IMG/VR virus record: IMGVR_UViG_2693429913_000001
Span: 7,081 to 71,080 of that record
DNA length: 64,000 bases
Strand: one strand, 5' to 3'
DNA from: a virus
Taxonomy: Duplodnaviria; Caudoviricetes
The number at the start of each line of letters is the position of its first letter. Position 1 is the stretch's first letter. Positions 58,525-64,000 of the stretch are shown here, in pieces. The notes below the pieces were generated by a model. That model did no database searches and was not told the DNA's origin. It saw only the letters and a program-made list of their open reading frames with translations. The position numbers were made by a program, and so were the translations under genes.

Positions 58525-60741
58525 ATGGCACTAAGCGGAAGTTTCTATACAAACGTAGGGAGTGGGTATCGCCTTCAGTTAGAATGGTCAGCTACTCAGG
58601 ACATTACCTCTAATACAAGCTCTGTGACCGCAAAACTATATTGGATGTCGCTTGGTTCACCATACACGGTAAATTCGAGTGCATCGAAAGATTGTACTAT
58701 CTCCATTGATGGTTCATCCTCTTCTACATCTGGAGCAGGCATGGCCTCATTACGAGGGAATCAAAAGAAGTTAATCTATCAAGTTACCAAAAATGTTCCC
58801 CATAATAACGATGGAACAAAATCAATCTCATTTGACGGTTGGTTCGATGCAGAGGTTACGTTAAGCGGTACGCATTATTCTCGAATCAAATTACCAACCA
58901 AAATCTATACACTCAATACCATTCCTCGCTCCTCCTCTTTAAGCTCTAACCCCTCTTGGATAGCAGGTGAAGATCTCCCCCTAGCGATTTCAAGATCGAG
59001 CACGAGCTTTATCCATACCATCAAACTCTATGTAAATGATATTCTCATCAAAGCTCTCAACAATATCGAAACTTCCACTACCATTACTTTCTCGGAATCA
59101 GAATATAGAACGATTTTTACTCAACTTAATCAAACGGGTAGTAAACCCTCTACCATTCTGCTCGAAACGTATCAGGGAAGTAATCTAATAGGCTCTAAAG
59201 AGTATACAGGTCTCTGTAAGGCTCCCTCTCCCAGCAAAGTTGCCTCTGGTAGTAGCTTTAACATCGGGGATACGGTTCTCATTTCCCTATCAAGTGCGAA
59301 TCACTCCTTCACTCACGATCTAAAGCTATATGTAGGTGAAAGCCTAATCAAAACGTATTCTAGTGTTGGCTTAGAGGCTCAGTGGATACCTACACAAGCA
59401 GAAAAAGAGGAAATGTATGCAACCACTCCAAATGCGAATACTGTATCGACTCGAATGGAATGTATAACATACTATCAAGGCATTCAAGTTCAATCCCTTA
59501 CATCTGTAGTGGGGACAGCAATCGTTACAAATAGTGATCCTACTTTCAACGATTCTTTCATCTATAAAGATACCAATGCTACTACCTTAGCGATCACAGA
59601 AAATGATCAATATATCATTCAAAACCATTCCACTGTACTAGTAGAAATCCCCTTCCTTTCCAAAGCAATCGCAATCAACGGCTCCACTATGGAGTACTAT
59701 GTGGCCACATTAAATGGTATGTCCATCTCCAGACCTTATTCAAGCTCCAACATAGTATCCTTTGATTTTGGATCAGTTCAAACCAATACCTCCGTCACAC
59801 TATCGGTCAAAGCCGTAGATAGTCGTGGCAACTCCACCATCGTAACGAAAGCCGTTTCGATTCTCGAATACTCCAGTCCTACTCTTACCTTCTCTGCAAG
59901 ACGATCGAATGACTTTGAGAGTGAAACCATCCTAAAAGCAGGAGGGAATCTATCTCTTTTAAGTATCGGGAAAGTCCCTAAAAATCGAGTAAAGACCCTC
60001 CAATATCGCTTTAAAGAAACGATTTCTCCTACTTGGAGCGATTGGGTGAGTTTGTCCGCATCATTCGTCCAAAACGGGAGCACCTATACGAACTCGGATA
60101 CTCCTATTAATACATCATCTGGCCTAGACAATTTGAAAGCATGGAACATCGAAGTCCAAGTCGTCGATCTGCTCTCCTCTTCTCTTTCCTCAGCCATTGT
60201 TCCAGTTGGACAACCCCTTTTATTTATTGATTCCACCAAGAAATCAATTGGTATCAATCAATTCCCCAATGCTCCATCTTCGCTAGAAGTAAATGGGAAC
60301 CTCAATGTAACTGGAGGTATTACACTTGGAAGCACTGGCATCGTCCAAGTAAAAGAAGACATGTTGTATTTCAACGAAAAACCCATTGCTAGTGCAAATA
60401 TTGGTACGGGCTATTTATGGACAGGCTCTCTATTTATGTCTCCCGACCAATCCATCACTCCCACAAAAACCATCTCCTCCTGTCCCAACGGCTGGATATT
60501 AGTCTGGAGTGAATACAGCGAAGAAGAGGTTCGGAATTGGGATTTTGTTTTCCATCCCATCCCCAAATATATTGCCTCTAACCATTCAGGAGCTGTCTCC
60601 ATGTTTTCTATCCCAGTTGATTCCATTGTTAATGTGGTAAAAGAGCTAGAGATCTACGATGACCGAATCAAAGGTTTTACAGATAAAAATGCTACAGGGG
60701 ATACTACTCAAGCTACCCTACGATATGTATTGGAATGGTAG
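58525..60741 (+). CDS. siphovirus minor tail/receptor-binding protein (DUF859-like)
   Basis: MALSGSF...LEWSATQ...HNNDGTK, TIPRSS, AVDSRG, C-terminal LWTG...CPNGWILVWS. Confidence 0.75.
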   Translation: MALSGSFYTNVGSGYRLQLEWSATQDITSNTSSVTAKLYWMSLGSPYTVNSSASKDCTISIDGSSSSTSGAGMASLRGNQKKLIYQVTKNVPHNNDGTKSISFDGWFDAEVTLSGTHYSRIKLPTKIYTLNTIPRSSSLSSNPSWIAGEDLPLAISRSSTSFIHTIKLYVNDILIKALNNIETSTTITFSESEYRTIFTQLNQTGSKPSTILLETYQGSNLIGSKEYTGLCKAPSPSKVASGSSFNIGDTVLISLSSANHSFTHDLKLYVGESLIKTYSSVGLEAQWIPTQAEKEEMYATTPNANTVSTRMECITYYQGIQVQSLTSVVGTAIVTNSDPTFNDSFIYKDTNATTLAITENDQYIIQNHSTVLVEIPFLSKAIAINGSTMEYYVATLNGMSISRPYSSSNIVSFDFGSVQTNTSVTLSVKAVDSRGNSTIVTKAVSILEYSSPTLTFSARRSNDFESETILKAGGNLSLLSIGKVPKNRVKTLQYRFKETISPTWSDWVSLSASFVQNGSTYTNSDTPINTSSGLDNLKAWNIEVQVVDLLSSSLSSAIVPVGQPLLFIDSTKKSIGINQFPNAPSSLEVNGNLNVTGGITLGSTGIVQVKEDMLYFNEKPIASANIGTGYLWTGSLFMSPDQSITPTKTISSCPNGWILVWSEYSEEEVRNWDFVFHPIPKYIASNHSGAVSMFSIPVDSIVNVVKELEIYDDRIKGFTDKNATGDTTQATLRYVLEW

Positions 60742-60757
60742 GGAGGGAGTAGAGAAA

Positions 60758-61297
60758 TTGAAAGTGTTTCTAGAGCTAGATTCTCAAAATAGGGTTACTG
60801 GCTGGGGTAGTAGTCTAGTTAGTGAGAAGTGCGTGGAGATAGACATACCCGACCACCACGAATTCTTCTCATTGCCATTTTCTTGGTTTGTTTATATCAA
60901 CAACGCCTTAGTTAAAGACGACACGCACTTGCTAGATCTTGCGAAAGAACGGAAAAATAGAGAACTGAATGAGGCTTGTAATCAAACTATCCTAAATGGT
61001 TTCGATTATACGATTCATGAATCTACCTATCATTTCTCCTTTGATATGGAGGCGCAACTAAACTTTCAGGATGCAGAAAGCGCCCTAAAAAATGAAGATC
61101 TTGAATCAGTCAATTGGACTGTGATGAAGGATGGAAAATACGAACGGATCGCCATTACAAAAGAAATAATGGATGAACTAAAGAGAATGATTTTCCAACA
61201 TAAGAACAGCAACATTTCAAGGTATCGGGATTTCTTTCTCCCTAAAGTTTCCTCTGCATCAAACATTCAAGAGGTAGAAAGCATCTCTTGGTACTAA
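60758..61297 (+). CDS. DUF4376-like tail fibre assembly protein
   Basis: ELNEACNQTILNGF...FSFD.EAQLNF...VESISW; TTG start after GGGAGGG. Confidence 0.65.
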   Translation: MKVFLELDSQNRVTGWGSSLVSEKCVEIDIPDHHEFFSLPFSWFVYINNALVKDDTHLLDLAKERKNRELNEACNQTILNGFDYTIHESTYHFSFDMEAQLNFQDAESALKNEDLESVNWTVMKDGKYERIAITKEIMDELKRMIFQHKNSNISRYRDFFLPKVSSASNIQEVESISWY

Positions 61298-61370
61298 AGA
61301 ATGATCTCTCAACACATGACTGCTGGATGAGAGTGTAGTCCAGCAGAATACATAACTAAGGAGAAACTAT

Positions 61371-62411
61371 ATGTCAGTATGGCAAGATAAATATATTGTA
61401 GTCAATTCAAAATCACGCCCTAGCTTTAAGTTACTTGGTGTGAGAAAGTTAGTTATCCACTATACCGCCAACAACGGCGGAACCGCAATGAACCACTTTA
61501 ACTACTTTAACAACTATCGAAGTCTTCCCCGTGCCGCCTCAGCTCACATCTTCGTCGATCGAACACAAGCGCTTTGCATTGTCCCCTTGAACGAAGTGGC
61601 GTATCATGCCAACGATAAACCTTCTCTTATTCCCGCATTGCGAGCAACCGCTTCCTACTATAAAGGTGGAAATGCGAACCTAACATCTATTGGTGTAGAG
61701 ATGTGCATGGAACGAAATGGAACTTTCCATCCCGATACGATCTCACGAACCGAAGATGTATTTGTGGAACTATGTAGGCGTTATCGACTTGATCCACTCA
61801 CAGATATTGTCCGTCACTATGACATTACCCGAAAGAACTGCCCTGCTCCATGGGTTAGTAATCCTCAAGCATTTACTAACTTTAAGAATAGAGTATATGC
61901 AAAATTAAAAGGCACAGTTCCTCCTTCCTCCCTCCCCTCTACCACTTCCTCTTCTTCAGATCCCATCCTTCGAAAAGGAAGCCGATCCGATGCAGTAAAA
62001 AGTCTTCAATCCTACTTAAATAAATTTGGATACAATCTGAATGTAGATGGAGCTTTTGGTCCACTAACCCAGAATGCAGTTAAAGACTTCCAGCGAAAGA
62101 ATGATTTAGTTGTAGACGGAATCGTAGGCGAAAAAACATGGTCAAAACTGAAGTCTGCCTCCCCTGCACAACAATCCTCTAAATTCCCACTCCCTTCTGT
62201 CATTCTCAAATATGGATATCACGGTTCAGAGGTACGTCAGTTACAGGAAGCATTGAATGAAGCAGGTTTTTCATGTGGCAGAGCAGATGGTGTATTTGGA
62301 AAGAAGACTTTAACAGCCTTAAAGAGCTTCCAAAGATCAGCAAGTCTTGTTGTAGATGGAATCTATGGAAATAAAACAAGACAGGCCCTACATAGCAAAG
62401 TAAATACATAG
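61371..62411 (+). CDS. N-acetylmuramoyl-L-alanine amidase endolysin with two PG-binding domains
   Basis: VIHYTAN, SAHIFVD, AYHA, SIGVEMC, RHYDIT.KNCP; two LQ..L...DG.FG..T..A.K.FQ...VDGI.G..T repeats. Confidence 0.92.
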   Translation: MSVWQDKYIVVNSKSRPSFKLLGVRKLVIHYTANNGGTAMNHFNYFNNYRSLPRAASAHIFVDRTQALCIVPLNEVAYHANDKPSLIPALRATASYYKGGNANLTSIGVEMCMERNGTFHPDTISRTEDVFVELCRRYRLDPLTDIVRHYDITRKNCPAPWVSNPQAFTNFKNRVYAKLKGTVPPSSLPSTTSSSSDPILRKGSRSDAVKSLQSYLNKFGYNLNVDGAFGPLTQNAVKDFQRKNDLVVDGIVGEKTWSKLKSASPAQQSSKFPLPSVILKYGYHGSEVRQLQEALNEAGFSCGRADGVFGKKTLTALKSFQRSASLVVDGIYGNKTRQALHSKVNT

Positions 62412-62458
62412 GCGGTACTGCCTCTTTGAACTAAGAGCATTTAGAAAAAATCAGAAAG

Positions 62459-62800
62459 GTGGGGGTGCTATCCCAAATGAATTTCTTTGGAATACATATC
62501 GGGATTGAATGGTTTACTACTCTCATTACTCTGATCGGCGCAGTCCTTGGCTATCTTGGAACCAAGCTGACAACGAAAAAAGACCTTAGAATTAGTGAGC
62601 GTGAGCAACTCTCTAATGACCAACACCATCTGATCTCAGAATTAAAATCATTATTACATGAGCATAGAGAACAGATTGACGAACTGAAAACAGAAATCAG
62701 TAAACTTCAACAAGCAAACATCCAGCTCACTATAGAAAATAATAAATTATCCCATGAAATCGCCGAATTAAACGAGAAGCTAACTCGCTTCAATCATTAA
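62459..62800 (+). CDS. lysis-associated membrane/coiled-coil protein
   Basis: One N-terminal TM plus coiled coil, between lysin and holin. Confidence 0.6.
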   Translation: MGVLSQMNFFGIHIGIEWFTTLITLIGAVLGYLGTKLTTKKDLRISEREQLSNDQHHLISELKSLLHEHREQIDELKTEISKLQQANIQLTIENNKLSHEIAELNEKLTRFNH

Positions 62801-62824
62801 CCACTCAAAGGAGACTTATCATAT

Positions 62825-63157
62825 ATGGAAAACTTAAATATGGAACTATTTAGCGTAATCGCAAGCTTTTTAACCGTATGCACGGGTATTGTTACACGAT
62901 ATGTTGTTAGATACCTTAGCGAAAAAGGTATCATCCACAAGCTAGAAGCTAATAAAGAATGGGTAAATCTTGCAGTGCAGGCCGTTGAGCAAGGCTATAA
63001 AGACCTCAAGGGAGCAGACAAATTAAATCAAGCTAAAATTGAAGCTACCAAGTTACTAAATGAGAAAAAAGTCAAAATTACTGAGGACGAGCTAGGACTT
63101 CTCATTGAAGCTTGTGTGAAGCAAATGAACGATGGGATTGCGAAGGAGCTTAAGTAG
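62825..63157 (+). CDS. holin (LL-H family)
   Basis: N-terminal TM, AVQAVEQ...GADKL..A...LIEACV..MN. Confidence 0.85.
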   Translation: MENLNMELFSVIASFLTVCTGIVTRYVVRYLSEKGIIHKLEANKEWVNLAVQAVEQGYKDLKGADKLNQAKIEATKLLNEKKVKITEDELGLLIEACVKQMNDGIAKELK

Positions 63158-63203
63158 TTAAATTTCCATAGTGGAAAATCAAAGAAAATAAGTGAATACA
63201 AAC

Positions 63204-63243
63204 AGAAAAAAACCTTGCCCGATATGAAAGCAAGGTTTTTCTT
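63204..63243 (+). terminator. terminator at the end of the lysis cassette
   Basis: AAAAACCTTGC...GCAAGGTTTTT. Confidence 0.7.
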
Positions 63244-63289
63244 TACTCATCTCTATTTCATTGCACAAATCGAACAACAGGAGGAGTAA

Positions 63290-64000
63290 ATGGAACTTAA
63301 TAAAATATATCATATGGACTGTTTAGAAGGCATGGGGTTAATAAAAGATAAAAGCATAGATATGATTCTTTGTGATCTCCCCTACGGCACTACTAGAAAT
63401 AAATGGGATACCGTTCTTCCTTTTAAAGTAGTGTGGAGCCATTATGAAAGAATCATTAAAGATAATGGAGCAATAGTTCTTACTGCACAAACGCCATTTG
63501 ACAAGGTGCTAGGGTGTAGTAATTTAAAACTGTTACGGTACGAATGGATTTGGGAAAAAGAGTTTGCAACTGGTTTTTTGAATGCAAACAGAATGCCACT
63601 GAAAAAACATGAAAACATACTTGTTTTTTACAAGAAATCACCAGTGTATAATCCACAGTTTACTTCAGGAAAGCCCTACAAGGCTGGACGTTCGAGTTAT
63701 ACCACCAATTATGGTAAATTTGATCCAAACAAGAAACCTGATAATAGTGGCTTTCGTTATCCTAAGTCTGTTTTGCAATTTAAGCATGACCAAAAGAGAT
63801 TACATCCTACACAAAAGCCAGTGGCATTGTTTGAGTATTTGATTAGAACATATACAGATGAAGGTGATACTGTTTTAGATAACTGTATGGGATCGGGAAC
63901 TACTGCTATAGCTTGTATTAAAGCAAACAGAAATTTTATCGGGTTTGAGATTCAAAAGGAGTATGTAGATATAGCTAGTAACCGCTTGAGACAATTTTAA
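63290..64000 (+). CDS. DNA N4-cytosine/N6-adenine methyltransferase (beta group)
   Basis: DCLEGM, CDLPYG, HPTQKP, VLDNCMGSGTT, FIGFE. Confidence 0.92.
   Translation: MELNKIYHMDCLEGMGLIKDKSIDMILCDLPYGTTRNKWDTVLPFKVVWSHYERIIKDNGAIVLTAQTPFDKVLGCSNLKLLRYEWIWEKEFATGFLNANRMPLKKHENILVFYKKSPVYNPQFTSGKPYKAGRSSYTTNYGKFDPNKKPDNSGFRYPKSVLQFKHDQKRLHPTQKPVALFEYLIRTYTDEGDTVLDNCMGSGTTAIACIKANRNFIGFEIQKEYVDIASNRLRQF

Larger units (their letters stand above)
1..64000. mobile_element. SPbeta-like large temperate siphophage (prophage/phage genome segment)
   Basis: Gene order mirrors SPbeta: yorK/J/I/H/G/F-like replication operon, MrpR-like repressor, HU, yonK/J/G/F/E/D/C/B/A-like head cluster, yom-like tail cluster with internal tyrosine recombinase, 2753-aa tape measure, amidase, holin. 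No host genes or att site seen. Confidence 0.93.

Noticed and set aside
45271-62411. Numerous 60-110 aa antisense ORFs inside structural genes
   Set aside because: Typical shadows of long coding frames, with no RBS or recognisable motifs.

Overview
The whole 64-kb window is an internal segment of a large SPbeta-like temperate siphophage (prophage or phage contig) of a Bacillales host; no attachment site or host housekeeping DNA is visible. The layout, left to right, is as follows. A leftward replication operon (type IIA topoisomerase B running off the left edge, RecJ, primase, DnaB helicase, a frameshifted YorG-like ATPase, SSB) is followed by an MrpR/YopR-like recombinase-fold repressor. Next come a partly decayed early accessory region (SprT remnant, AP2 protein, DUF3846, ArdA) and membrane/secreted 'moron' genes. 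A rightward block starts with RecD2, HU and a DUF2828 (TROVE-like + vWA) gene, then a complete head-tail-lysis operon interrupted by a C5 methyltransferase, a PAPS-reductase-fold gene and a tyrosine recombinase, and ends in an N4/N6 methyltransferase. The main signals missed by the ORF track are: (1) two tandem 75-nt hairpin units with a compensatory stem change and an invariant ACAGCAAATCA motif directly upstream of the DUF2828/TROVE-like gene, a candidate Ro60/Y-RNA-like ribonucleoprotein; (2) an unannotated 57-aa AimX/MazE-like peptide inside the replication operon; (3) an overlapping +1-frame partner ORF inside the C5 methyltransferase; (4) a perfect loop-less 64-bp palindrome; (5) a recurrent operator-like motif (GTACATAAAAWWAAT) at most early promoters. 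All family assignments are by eye or from recall, not from database searches.
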